This document shows, one piece after another, positions 1 to 9,816 of a DNA stretch of 64,000 bases. Position 1 is the stretch's first letter; each line of letters opens with the position of its first letter. The DNA is from a virus: positions 112,232-176,231 of the IMG/VR virus record IMGVR_UViG_3300042868_005761. One strand, 5' to 3'. Under the pieces are notes generated by a model that was given only the letters and a program-made list of their open reading frames with translations, was not told the origin of the DNA and did not search any database. Both the position numbers and the translations under genes were made by a program.

Positions 1-3000
1 TTGCTTCTTTACGTTGGGGAACAGATATTTATTTGCAAGCGTACCACCAATATCTTCAAACATCTTATCATAAGTAAAGCCTAGGTCGTCTGCTGTAAAC
101 TGCGCTTCAAGAAGAGTATTATCCATTGATGCACCATATCTTAATCTTGCATTTGCAGTTTTCATTATAGAATCTGCTCTTGTCATAGATTGTCCTAGGC
201 CACCATCCATCCAGTACTGACGGATGTATTGACCAGGGGACTTATACATACCAGTACTCATGCCTATGTTTGTGCCTGCCACCATAGGAATACCCTCTCT
301 TGCTAAAGGAATCATCATATAAGCGCGACCTTCTGCGATGTAGTTGTATATGACTGAAGTTAAAGATGAAGATGCATAGAAGTAAGCCAAACTTCCAGCA
401 ATTGCAGAACCAAGAAGAACACTAGCAGTGCTACCAAGTGCACCTCCTCCATACATAAATCTTTTGGTACTTAATGCAAGGGCGCCGCCAGAAATTACGC
501 CAAGAGTACCAGCCCCAATTGATATGTTTTCAGTAAAATCCTGAGCAGCATTTACCTCTTCTTGCATCTTTAAAACTTTTTGTCTGTAATTTTCCATTAC
601 CTCACTTAAGCTATCAAGATAGTACTGCCCTTCACTTGTCATATTATTTTTCTCACCCCAATTGGGGAAAGCTGCAAGCGCTAATTCCATATAGTACTGA
701 GTTCTTGTGTAGACACTACTTTGTAGTCCATTGAAAATAATATAAGGAGTAACATCTTCTTCTATAACAAAAGTGTCTGGGTAAAGCTGAGTGATGTATC
801 CAGTTTCTGGACTAAAGATATGATGCACTTCTTCAACTTCAATAGGTCCATAGATATTGTTATAAGTATCATTTATGATGCATACATCGTAAGGCTTTAT
901 ATGCGGATTCCCCATAATGGTCATTGAACCTTTGTACATCTCTTTTGCTTGCTTTGCAAGTATTGATCTTGCATAAGTTGACGCCATTCCTTTACTTTTA
1001 CAGTTAGGAAACTGATATGAAGTTTTTCTTATAAACTGAGGAGATAGATCTACGTTTGCCTTTCTTGTAACAGTGTTCTGCTCTTGCCAGTCAATAAACG
1101 CGTTTAAGTTCCTAACGTCTGGTGCACTAGCAGTGCGAATGGCCGCATCATTCCATTGTACTTCAACTTCTGTATACCAGCCATCAGCTGTTGCTTCTAT
1201 ATCATTGCTGATAATATCTGTATAAGAATTAAGATTATGCCAAGTTCTAAATGGTCTAAAACGTCTTCTTGCTATTCTTATAAAATTTGCAATCTCTTCA
1301 GAACTAACACTTGGCACATTTCCGTAATCAGGAAGAGTATAGTCACCTGACGCATCTCTTCTTGTTTGCTGTAGGAAAGGACTACCTTCTTCTAATTGTC
1401 CACCTGACTTTAGTATCTTTCTGAAGATTTTATTTTGCCGATAAACATCCAAAGGATCTCCGCAATATTCCCACATATTCTGATCTGGAAGACCAAAAAA
1501 CATAGTCATACGATTACTATTCTTATAAATTCTAGGATGCTTAACATAGCTAGGATGACGATATGTCATCTCTTCAAATACATCCCAAATTGTAGAATAA
1601 AAAACATTGTAATATAAAGTTTCAGGAGAGTACACAGAAATTAACATTGGACTATTTTTATACTCACTATCGTTAGCGTTTTTCTTGGCAAGAGCATGTC
1701 TATCCAAAATACCAGTGCCGTGGTTTCTAGCTCCTTGGAGTTCCTTTTCTACAGCATCCTTGTCCGTTAAGAAATAGTCAGCTGTGTAATACGCAGCTGT
1801 AGCCATTGCCTGAATGACCACTTTAAGTACAACTCCAAAAGCTACAGCCCCTGCAACTATAAGACCTATCTTTGTCTTGGTAATATTACCTGCAGCTGAG
1901 CCAACCTTCCAGGCCGTTGGGAGAGCTATGGCTCCAGCTGTCCATCCAGCCGCAGCAGGAATTCCAAGCTTCTTTGCTTTATCCTCAAACTCTTTTACCT
2001 GTCCATCTTCAACTTGAACAACACGAGCTGTGCCGTCTCTTGTCAATGCCCCAGTCCAAGTACCAAACCAGTCATACCAGTAATAGCCTTGTAGCGGTTG
2101 ATAGCTAGGAATATAAAGATTGTCATCCTGAGGTCCTTGGTTGGGCTTTATAACATAGGCTTTATTTGCATCATTCTTCCAGTTCTCTAATGCGTCATAA
2201 GTTCCATCAATCCAATTCAGATCAAAGCTATCTTCAAACGTATAAAGATAGTTTATAAACCCGCCTTTTCTTCTTGCATTGTGCATACCTCCAACAGCAA
2301 ATCCTTCCTTATAAGCTAAGTTTGAAGCAGCAATGCTTTTGTCTTCACCAAAGGAAATAATACTGTCAAACTTTTTCTTACCAAAGTGTATGACTTCTGG
2401 TTCAAACATTAATCTAGCTAATAGATCAAATGTATCCAGATGTTGAACTGATGTTTCTTTTTTAGTAGTACCTTTTAACTTTGCAACTAATTCAGCACCA
2501 TAAGACTGAGCAACAACTTCAATCTTATTACCAGACCCATCTAGATTAATGTCGGTAATTTCACCAAGGAATACTTCTTCTAGCTTATTAGCATCATTGC
2601 TAAATCCTAAGCAAACTTTGATCTTCATGCCAGCATTCAAAACAAATCCAATATCAGACTGTTCAAATTCTGTTCCTCTTACAAGAGCATTGCTAGATTC
2701 AAACTCTAATCCAGTTCCAACGTTAGCTAATCTTTCTGTGACCTTATCATCACTGATTAATATAGAATTAGCTGCTTTTGCAAATTGATTAAAACCAGTA
2801 AGAACTCCATTTGGATCTACAAATGTAAGTCTGCATATAGAGCTTGGGCGCTTGCGGCTGTCAGCAATCTCTAGTCGCTCAATCTTAGAGTAGGTATAAA
2901 TTTCATCTAACTCTACATACTCTGTATTGTAAATATCATCTTCTTCTATTAGATAAACTTTGCAAACAGGATAAGCTCTTCTTGCTGCTAATTTCTTTCT

Positions 3001-6000
3001 GCCAATGCTTTTCAGGCCATCATGTAGTCTAGTTAAATTCGCATATTTTTGAGTTGAGAACTGTAACAAAACTGAAGGATCTCCCGCTCCACAATCGTCA
3101 TCAAAGAAATTATAAAGATTAAAATTTGGTGGCGTCCTAGACTGATTGTTTTCTTCTTCTTGTCCAAATCTTGCTCTTGGTCTTTCTGCAGTTCCAATTC
3201 GCGGAGGCACACATAGGTTTTCAGGAGTAGGTTGTTCTGATCCGTCAGGGCCGACAGCACCTTGACCTGTTTCTCCAGCCTCTGGACGCTTAATAGTTTC
3301 TAAGAAATCCTCATAATCTCCTCGAAGATATTCTTGCATTCTAAGAATATAGTCTTCGCCCTTAACTCTATTAAAATCTTGAAGAGTAACGTTAGCAAGC
3401 GTACTCATTCTTAACTTTTGATTTTCTTCATCATCTTTATTAAAATTCATAGACATAGGAGCAAGTAAATCTTGGTTAGGTCCAAGCCATAGTGATAAGT
3501 TAGCCCAATCATCTTTTGAGCTCTTTGCCTTTGGATATGTAAGACTATCACCGTCATCGCCCACTTTGTCATCATTATCAAGGTTAGGAGTTTGCTTAGG
3601 TACAACTTGAGTATCATGAATTTCGTTATTCCAAGCTCCAATTACTCCTTCCATCAAATCTGATGCGGCGTTGTTTGCTTTTTCTTTAAACTTGGCTATA
3701 AAATCTTTCCTAGTCGCAGTAGTTCCCGCACGTAAGTCTGCGTTTAATGGGCTACCTGTCTTGCCAAGTCTCTCTATATCTCCAGCAGCAAGATTAGCTG
3801 ACATATTAATGTTAAAGTTATATATATCTTCAGCAGACCATCTTGCACTTAGTTTAGTTTTTTCAATCTGCCTATCTGCAAGTAACTCGTCATTGCCATC
3901 AATTGACGGATTGTAAAGATAGAAGTCTGGTTCAGTAAAGCTATTTCCTCTTGAGAAATTGGCAATAACTTGGTTATCAGGCATATCTTGATTTTGATAA
4001 AAATTATTTACAACTGCATCAAAACCAAGAGCACTTACTCTTTGATTCCAATAAGGATGCAAAGGAAGATCTAGGTCTTCGTAAGCAGGCTCAACTAAGC
4101 TTTGTTCTTGTGCAATTAATAGTTCTCTTGTCTTTGGGAAGAATTCTGTCTCAGTGCTAATCTTATAAATATTCTCAAAATCAAAAACGTTATTTAAGTA
4201 AGGAATAATTAAATAGTTCCAAGCATAATCCATAAAGTATTGGTTTGGAACAGTTAACTTCATCCATCCATTTGATCCTGGATTATCAATGATCTCTTCA
4301 AATTCAGTCACAAAATCAACAACTCTACGACCCCCTTTGTATCCTTTTTTGTTTTTCAACATAAGAGGTGCTCCAGGGCCTTTTTTATTGACATATCCTG
4401 CAGCCTCCTTGAAAAGTTCAGTATCCTTATTATTTAATACAACTGAGTCCTGATCATAGTTCGGATTTCCACCATTGATTCTTCTATTATGAAAATCATA
4501 AAAGAAACTTTCAACTGCCAATTGAGCATTAGCAGAATTAATACCAAAGCCACCAACACTATTGTTAATTCTTTTTTCTGCTAATTCATCATTAAGCTGA
4601 CCTGTAGTTGCTATATTATTAAAAAGGTCAGTTAGATCTTCACCTGCTATTGAAGCACCAGTAATCAATGTTTGTTTTCCTGAAACAAATTGTACACTTC
4701 TCATACCAGGATCAACAGGACCACGAATTGGCTTCTTACCAGCTGCTATTAAGGCATCTTGGGCAGCTACACGGTCTCTTATTCTACCAGTGGCGGCACC
4801 TTTACCTGTGAAAAGTTTACCAGGCGCGCCAATTACGCCAGGAGTTCCACCAGCTGCATTCTTTATTGCGCCTGCTGCATTCTTTATTAGAATATCACCA
4901 CTTCTAATAAAACTACGAGCTGATTGCGTGTTCCAAAGAAGCCAATGCCTAAAAGCTGAAAGTTTTTGTGTACAGGCTACAACAAAACCACTTGTTTTCC
5001 ACCATGCAGCAACAGCCCCTGCAGTGTGTGTTACCGTTGAGCCTGCTTTAGTATTAGCGGCAACTACCGCACCGGCCTTGGCTGCTGCTTTTCCTTTACC
5101 AATAATAAAAGATCCAACCTTTACAACTCCTGATCCTATTTTTGCAACTACGAATTCACCACCCCAGACTAATGCAATGTCAAGAATCATATCTTTAACA
5201 TCAAAACCTTTCCAAGGCTTGAATAACATCTTAGCGCCGGGCTTCATAATAGTATAAGGATTACTTGTAGAGACATCATCTCCGTCTTTGAATCCTCCAC
5301 CAATATCATCTTGTGGGAACATTAAAGTTTCAAGACTTGTAATAGGCTTAACTAACTCAAAGATATTAACACCGTATTCCTTAGCTGAGGTACTCAAACC
5401 TCTAAGAAAATTAGGACCAAACACTTCTTCTTGGAAGATTTCATTGGGTGCAAAGCGTCTAACATAATTCCAATTTTCACGAATAGCTGTATTAGTCTTA
5501 TTTTCATTAGAATCGAAATACTCAATTAATACACGAGGAGTACCTTCAATTAAAGATGCCGCATCGCCTAGTGCACTATTTCCAGTACCAGCTTCTTGTA
5601 ATAGAGAAACTCGCCACATCCAAAGAAACCAAGTATTTCTTGCAAGAGCAAGCACAGATCTATGACTTCTAATATAGGGAGCTATTGGGTTTGTTGTTAT
5701 ATCTCCTGACAACGACCAATCATTTAATGCGTCAGCATAAGAACTTTGTCCTTCACCATCTGCAAAGGTAAAAGCTTCAATACGAAGTGGTAACTCACTT
5801 AAATCATATTCAGTATGCTCAAACTCAAGTTTAAAATCCCAGTAAGCGGGAGCAATAGGATCAAGAGCAATAGGAGCAAACAGCTGGAAAAAACTAAATT
5901 GTTGTCCAAATACTGTCCCCATGCCCCCTTGTAAAAACTCACCTTCATATTTTTGAGTGTAGTCTTTGAGCCAGAGATAAGGTTGATCATATAGAAGAGT

Positions 6001-8196
6001 AGAATGTAAGAACCCAGTTCCTTTGCGATAAAACAAATCGATTATCTCTTTTCCTTCTGGAATTTTTAATCGATAAGCACTATCTACAAGTCTATGGCCA
6101 TTAGGAATAATTAACCTATTACAAAGATTAATAGTGCCACAAATTTTTTGCATAAATGCTTTGTGACCTTCTCCTAAACCTTGAATAGTATCGTTGTACC
6201 AAACACTTCTTGTTGTGTTCCAATACAGGAAAAGCTGATCCCGAATAACATCAAGACCTGGACTTGACAGATCTATTGTAGGTACGTTTGCGTCAGTTGC
6301 TGTAATGGGTGTAGGGGCACAGTTATCAGATATACAATCAACATTTGTAATTATAGGAGTATCAATTTGTCGGTCTACCCCATACTCAACACTTGTTCTT
6401 GAAAGCAACTCATCTATAAAAGTTCTCTTAATATCTTTACTGCTTACCAATGATTGTCTTTTAATCTTTGGATTCTTAATGTAAATGTCATTAGCAGTTA
6501 ATCGCATTTCAGTTGCATAAGTACCTGGCGTTTCAGGTAGTGTTGCACTATCTAATCCATTAATTACAAAGTATAGATCTCCCATCGCATTAATAAAGTT
6601 ATTCTCTACTCTTAGAACATAAGACTCAGGAATAAACTTATACTGTATAGCTTGTTTCTTTAAAGTATCTTTTATGACTTCTATTTGACGAACAGAATCT
6701 AAACCAAGAGACTTAAATGAAACTAAGAAACTGTTATCAGCACGCCCAAGAAATTGGGCAGTTGGCATACTAATTCCTTGAATAGGTAATTTCTTAAATA
6801 CGTTAAAAGATGTTGCAGATATAAAGTCACAAAATAAGTGATTAGAAGTATAAACATTATCAATGCTTGTTCCAGATCTATTGAATTTCATATCTGGATT
6901 GCTTGATGTTGGAATTATCAACGTATTTTCTTTATAGAACAAATCAAATGAAGTTAAATCTTTTGTGTAAAGATTCCATCCCATTTTCTTAAGTTCTTCA
7001 ATCTGCTTCTTATATTTCCTAACAGCAAGTAAAAGTTCGCCTTCAGGTTCTACTTCTGCTGGTGGGGTAATTTCTGGCTTAGCAGGCTCTTCAGGCGGGG
7101 GTACTGGCGCTGGGGTAGGCGCGGGAACCACTTCTGCAGGAGGGGGCGGAGGAGGCGTAGCCTCTACTGCAGGAGGTGCTGGTAGCACCTTCACAGCAGG
7201 AGGAGGCGGTAAAACTACTGCTGGGGTTTCAATTGGTGGAGTAGGGGGATCGACTTGTGCAACCTCAATAGGTCGTAGACCAAGAGCTTCTCTGAACCTA
7301 GCCGCACTTTCTTCTGCGCTTTGTGGTAACAAGAATGTTCCCCAATTTTGAACACCAACGCTGACAGGAAGCAATTGGCCTAACTCATTTTTTTCTGGGA
7401 TTCCTTCTCTTTTTCCATAATTTCTTAACCATCTACGCACTTCTTCTGAAGCTCCATTCAGAAAACTGCCGCCGTCGAAATCGCCACCGCCACCAAAATC
7501 AAAGTGCATAGCGTCGCCAGTGATATTACCAGAATGAAGATATCCGAGCCAACGAAGGCAAACTCCATTATTTGGGACACCAGCACCATCACCACCTCTT
7601 TGATATTCAGAACCTAGAGCATCTCCTTGATCATTAGTTGGACCTCTTGAATGTCCAGTACCTCCTCGAACAAGATCACTCCAGTCATATGCGTCTCCAT
7701 TGTCCTTGACAACTAACCCCTCTTTTATACACTTAACAACTATTTGTGCAAATAACTCATAGACTCTAAAATACTTTGCACTTCTAATGTTAGGCATTAG
7801 CATGTTATTTTCGTTTATAAGAGCAATATCTATAGCTCTACCTCTTGGGTGATGAGCTTTGTTACCTGGCACAGCTCTGAGAAGAGTCGCGGGTCGGGCG
7901 TTACTCTTGGCTCTTGTAGGCCAAGGCTTAAACTCTACTTCTCGAAGGCGCTCATGTGGTTCATTTACCGAACCTTTATTTGTAACCTGCCAACCTGGAG
8001 GTAAGAACTTACTTGCCGCTTTGATCATAGCCTCTAGACGAGGATCAGCATCTACTTTACATTTCCAACTCTCTGGGCAATCAGTTAATGGATTTCGTTT
8101 AGTAGGGTCTTTCCTATAGTAAGTTTTTGACGCGCAAGGATTAGGAACATACCTATCAGTTCCAAAAGTATATGTACTTTTTCTTTGTTCACTCAT
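1..8196 (-). CDS. Giant (>2732 aa, 3'-truncated by window) baseplate hub-like tail protein with N-terminal M15-type Zn peptidase domain and Pro-rich linker
   Basis: Not in the ORF track, consistent with no in-frame stop before the window edge. ATG at 8196 with upstream AAGGAAG; the same frame is open at 5340 and 60-1. N-terminus MSEQRKSTY... contains HHPRGRAID (~7828-7855), WLG and DAMHFDF (~7498-7518), the M15/LAS-type Zn ligands. Pro-rich linker ~7050-7260. The C-terminal part has hub (gpD/gp27-like) motifs IKVCLGFSND...EEVFLGEITDI (~2550-2625) and YKGSMTIMGNPHIKPYDVCIIND...IEVEEVHHIFSPETGY (~795-938). Confidence 0.8.
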   Translation of the reverse strand, partial: MSEQRKSTYTFGTDRYVPNPCASKTYYRKDPTKRNPLTDCPESWKCKVDADPRLEAMIKAASKFLPPGWQVTNKGSVNEPHERLREVEFKPWPTRAKSNARPATLLRAVPGNKAHHPRGRAIDIALINENNMLMPNIRSAKYFRVYELFAQIVVKCIKEGLVVKDNGDAYDWSDLVRGGTGHSRGPTNDQGDALGSEYQRGGDGAGVPNNGVCLRWLGYLHSGNITGDAMHFDFGGGGDFDGGSFLNGASEEVRRWLRNYGKREGIPEKNELGQLLPVSVGVQNWGTFLLPQSAEESAARFREALGLRPIEVAQVDPPTPPIETPAVVLPPPPAVKVLPAPPAVEATPPPPPPAEVVPAPTPAPVPPPEEPAKPEITPPAEVEPEGELLLAVRKYKKQIEELKKMGWNLYTKDLTSFDLFYKENTLIIPTSSNPDMKFNRSGTSIDNVYTSNHLFCDFISATSFNVFKKLPIQGISMPTAQFLGRADNSFLVSFKSLGLDSVRQIEVIKDTLKKQAIQYKFIPESYVLRVENNFINAMGDLYFVINGLDSATLPETPGTYATEMRLTANDIYIKNPKIKRQSLVSSKDIKRTFIDELLSRTSVEYGVDRQIDTPIITNVDCISDNCAPTPITATDANVPTIDLSSPGLDVIRDQLFLYWNTTRSVWYNDTIQGLGEGHKAFMQKICGTINLCNRLIIPNGHRLVDSAYRLKIPEGKEIIDLFYRKGTGFLHSTLLYDQPYLWLKDYTQKYEGEFLQGGMGTVFGQQFSFFQLFAPIALDPIAPAYWDFKLEFEHTEYDLSELPLRIEAFTFADGEGQSSYADALNDWSLSGDITTNPIAPYIRSHRSVLALARNTWFLWMWRVSLLQEAGTGNSALGDAASLIEGTPRVLIEYFDSNENKTNTAIRENWNYVRRFAPNEIFQEEVFGPNFLRGLSTSAKEYGVNIFELVKPITSLETLMFPQDDIGGGFKDGDDVSTSNPYTIMKPGAKMLFKPWKGFDVKDMILDIALVWGGEFVVAKIGSGVVKVGSFIIGKGKAAAKAGAVVAANTKAGSTVTHTAGAVAAWWKTSGFVVACTQKLSAFRHWLLWNTQSARSFIRSGDILIKNAAGAIKNAAGGTPGVIGAPGKLFTGKGAATGRIRDRVAAQDALIAAGKKPIRGPVDPGMRSVQFVSGKQTLITGASIAGEDLTDLFNNIATTGQLNDELAEKRINNSVGGFGINSANAQLAVESFFYDFHNRRINGGNPNYDQDSVVLNNKDTELFKEAAGYVNKKGPGAPLMLKNKKGYKGGRRVVDFVTEFEEIIDNPGSNGWMKLTVPNQYFMDYAWNYLIIPYLNNVFDFENIYKISTETEFFPKTRELLIAQEQSLVEPAYEDLDLPLHPYWNQRVSALGFDAVVNNFYQNQDMPDNQVIANFSRGNSFTEPDFYLYNPSIDGNDELLADRQIEKTKLSARWSAEDIYNFNINMSANLAAGDIERLGKTGSPLNADLRAGTTATRKDFIAKFKEKANNAASDLMEGVIGAWNNEIHDTQVVPKQTPNLDNDDKVGDDGDSLTYPKAKSSKDDWANLSLWLGPNQDLLAPMSMNFNKDDEENQKLRMSTLANVTLQDFNRVKGEDYILRMQEYLRGDYEDFLETIKRPEAGETGQGAVGPDGSEQPTPENLCVPPRIGTAERPRARFGQEEENNQSRTPPNFNLYNFFDDDCGAGDPSVLLQFSTQKYANLTRLHDGLKSIGRKKLAARRAYPVCKVYLIEEDDIYNTEYVELDEIYTYSKIERLEIADSRKRPSSICRLTFVDPNGVLTGFNQFAKAANSILISDDKVTERLANVGTGLEFESSNALVRGTEFEQSDIGFVLNAGMKIKVCLGFSNDANKLEEVFLGEITDINLDGSGNKIEVVAQSYGAELVAKLKGTTKKETSVQHLDTFDLLARLMFEPEVIHFGKKKFDSIISFGEDKSIAASNLAYKEGFAVGGMHNARRKGGFINYLYTFEDSFDLNWIDGTYDALENWKNDANKAYVIKPNQGPQDDNLYIPSYQPLQGYYWYDWFGTWTGALTRDGTARVVQVEDGQVKEFEDKAKKLGIPAAAGWTAGAIALPTAWKVGSAAGNITKTKIGLIVAGAVAFGVVLKVVIQAMATAAYYTADYFLTDKDAVEKELQGARNHGTGILDRHALAKKNANDSEYKNSPMLISVYSPETLYYNVFYSTIWDVFEEMTYRHPSYVKHPRIYKNSNRMTMFFGLPDQNMWEYCGDPLDVYRQNKIFRKILKSGGQLEEGSPFLQQTRRDASGDYTLPDYGNVPSVSSEEIANFIRIARRRFRPFRTWHNLNSYTDIISNDIEATADGWYTEVEVQWNDAAIRTASAPDVRNLNAFIDWQEQNTVTRKANVDLSPQFIRKTSYQFPNCKSKGMASTYARSILAKQAKEMYKGSMTIMGNPHIKPYDVCIINDTYNNIYGPIEVEEVHHIFSPETGYITQLYPDTFVIEEDVTPYIIFNGLQSSVYTRTQYYMELALAAFPNWGEKNNMTSEGQYYLDSLSEVMENYRQKVLKMQEEVNAAQDFTENISIGAGTLGVISGGALALSTKRFMYGGGALGSTASVLLGSAIAGSLAYFYASSSLTSVIYNYIAEGRAYMMIPLAREGIPMVAGTNIGMSTGMYKSPGQYIRQYWMDGGLGQSMTRADSIMKTANARLRYGASMDNTLLEAQFTADDLGFTYDKMFEDIGGTLANKYLFPNVKKQ

Positions 8197-8267
8197 TAGT
8201 AATCTTCCTTTTAGATCTCTATACTATATTAAGCAAGGAGATCATTTATTTATTTACTTACTATATT

Positions 8268-9755
8268 CTATCTTTTTCCTGGCCCGCGCATGAATCGCTC
8301 CCAACCTGTTCTTAACGCTGACTTCTGACTTGTTGTACTTGTTGTAACTATTGGAACAATTGCAGGCTCTTCATCAGGGCGGTTGTTTCTTTCATTATAC
8401 AGAGTCCCTACAGGATTCACCCAACGACTTGCCCAAGGACTCAGCGGATCTGCCATTGTTGGAATTAGAGAAGCTCTTACTTCAAGGTTAGGCGGGGGTC
8501 TTATCCCTAAGGTTTCTTCCCACATTTGTTTACAGTCCTCCGGTGTGCTAGGTAATCGCATATTTTTTACTATAGAGTCTGTCGTAGGTCTATGAGCTAC
8601 AAGGATGTCTTGGTTGGTGCCATTTTTTTCAGCAGGGACGCATAAAGTCTGGGCACCCTTTCCGATAGACCAGATTGACTCGCCGGGCCGAAAATCATAA
8701 TGCATGCTATCCCAACCAATATTCGGAAAATCAGGATGATTTGCATTTACAAATTCATGTGGAACTATAACTTCACCGGCCTTGTTTGTTTTTAATACTT
8801 GAACACGGTTTCCTTCCTTGTCCCACATTGGTATTAAGCTTTTATCCCATCTACCAACTTCAGGTAGATAGGTAATAATCTTACCTTCGCCTGTATGTAA
8901 CATTTGTTGCTCTTTTTTTCCCATATCTCTTTCCATATGATATTTTGTATTTCCAAAATATCCTCCCCATCTTACACCGTATTTGGGAGCTGTCCTTGGT
9001 ACAAAACCAAAAGAACCAGTTATTTTTCCATTTGGTATATCCTTTATTAACTGTCCATTATCATTATGGGAGAAGAACTCTTTTCTTACCATTACTCCAC
9101 TGCCATTATCTTCCATTCTAAATTGTCGACGGGCTCCTAATTCACCACTTGAACCACCTGTCCTGACAATCCCATCTGTATCTGGTTTCCCCAGGACTAA
9201 GTCACCCCAGTTGCAAATAGTTCCATCTTCGTAGGATATATAACCAGGATGCCCAACTACAGTAGGATCTCCCTGTATAAGTCTACAGATAAGCTGATAT
9301 AAGAGCTCATATGTTCTATAAGATCTGCCGTTTCTGATATTACAAAGAAGTGTTCCATCATTAATTCGTATACCTACATCTATTGCTAATCCACTAAAGT
9401 GGTTTATTGTATCTCTTAGCCCTCTAAGAAGAACACCGTTTCCAGCCTTCATATACTCCTCTTTCGTAATGTCTTGTTGCGCGCATATATTATAAATCTG
9501 CCAACCACTAGGCATAAATTTACTTGCTGTTTGCATCATAGCTTCAAGTCTTGGGTCTGCATCTACCATGCATTTCATGTCTTCAGGGGCGGTTCCGTGG
9601 CGGGCGTTTTTGTGACTATGTTCTTCAGTAGTGCGATAGTAATACTTATATCCTCCTCCAACATACCTATGAGGCATTAGGTTAAGAGGCGTACCACTTC
9701 CAATCAAGCAAGGAAAATCGGCTTCTCTCTTTGCTATTATTTCTTCTCTTGTCAT
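8268..9755 (-). CDS. M15-like Zn peptidase (putative peptidoglycan hydrolase), paralog of the N-terminus of the downstream giant ORF
   Basis: 495 aa; NHFSGLAID, RWGGYF and DSMHYDF motifs; shares the KCxVDADPRLEAMxxxASKFxPxGWQ block with the downstream gene. Confidence 0.65.
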   Translation of the reverse strand: MTREEIIAKREADFPCLIGSGTPLNLMPHRYVGGGYKYYYRTTEEHSHKNARHGTAPEDMKCMVDADPRLEAMMQTASKFMPSGWQIYNICAQQDITKEEYMKAGNGVLLRGLRDTINHFSGLAIDVGIRINDGTLLCNIRNGRSYRTYELLYQLICRLIQGDPTVVGHPGYISYEDGTICNWGDLVLGKPDTDGIVRTGGSSGELGARRQFRMEDNGSGVMVRKEFFSHNDNGQLIKDIPNGKITGSFGFVPRTAPKYGVRWGGYFGNTKYHMERDMGKKEQQMLHTGEGKIITYLPEVGRWDKSLIPMWDKEGNRVQVLKTNKAGEVIVPHEFVNANHPDFPNIGWDSMHYDFRPGESIWSIGKGAQTLCVPAEKNGTNQDILVAHRPTTDSIVKNMRLPSTPEDCKQMWEETLGIRPPPNLEVRASLIPTMADPLSPWASRWVNPVGTLYNERNNRPDEEPAIVPIVTTSTTSQKSALRTGWERFMRGPGKR

Positions 9756-9816
9756 AGTATTAACCTTTTAAAATAAGTATTAATCCTTTATCTTTATCTA
9801 TCTTTATAAGATACTA

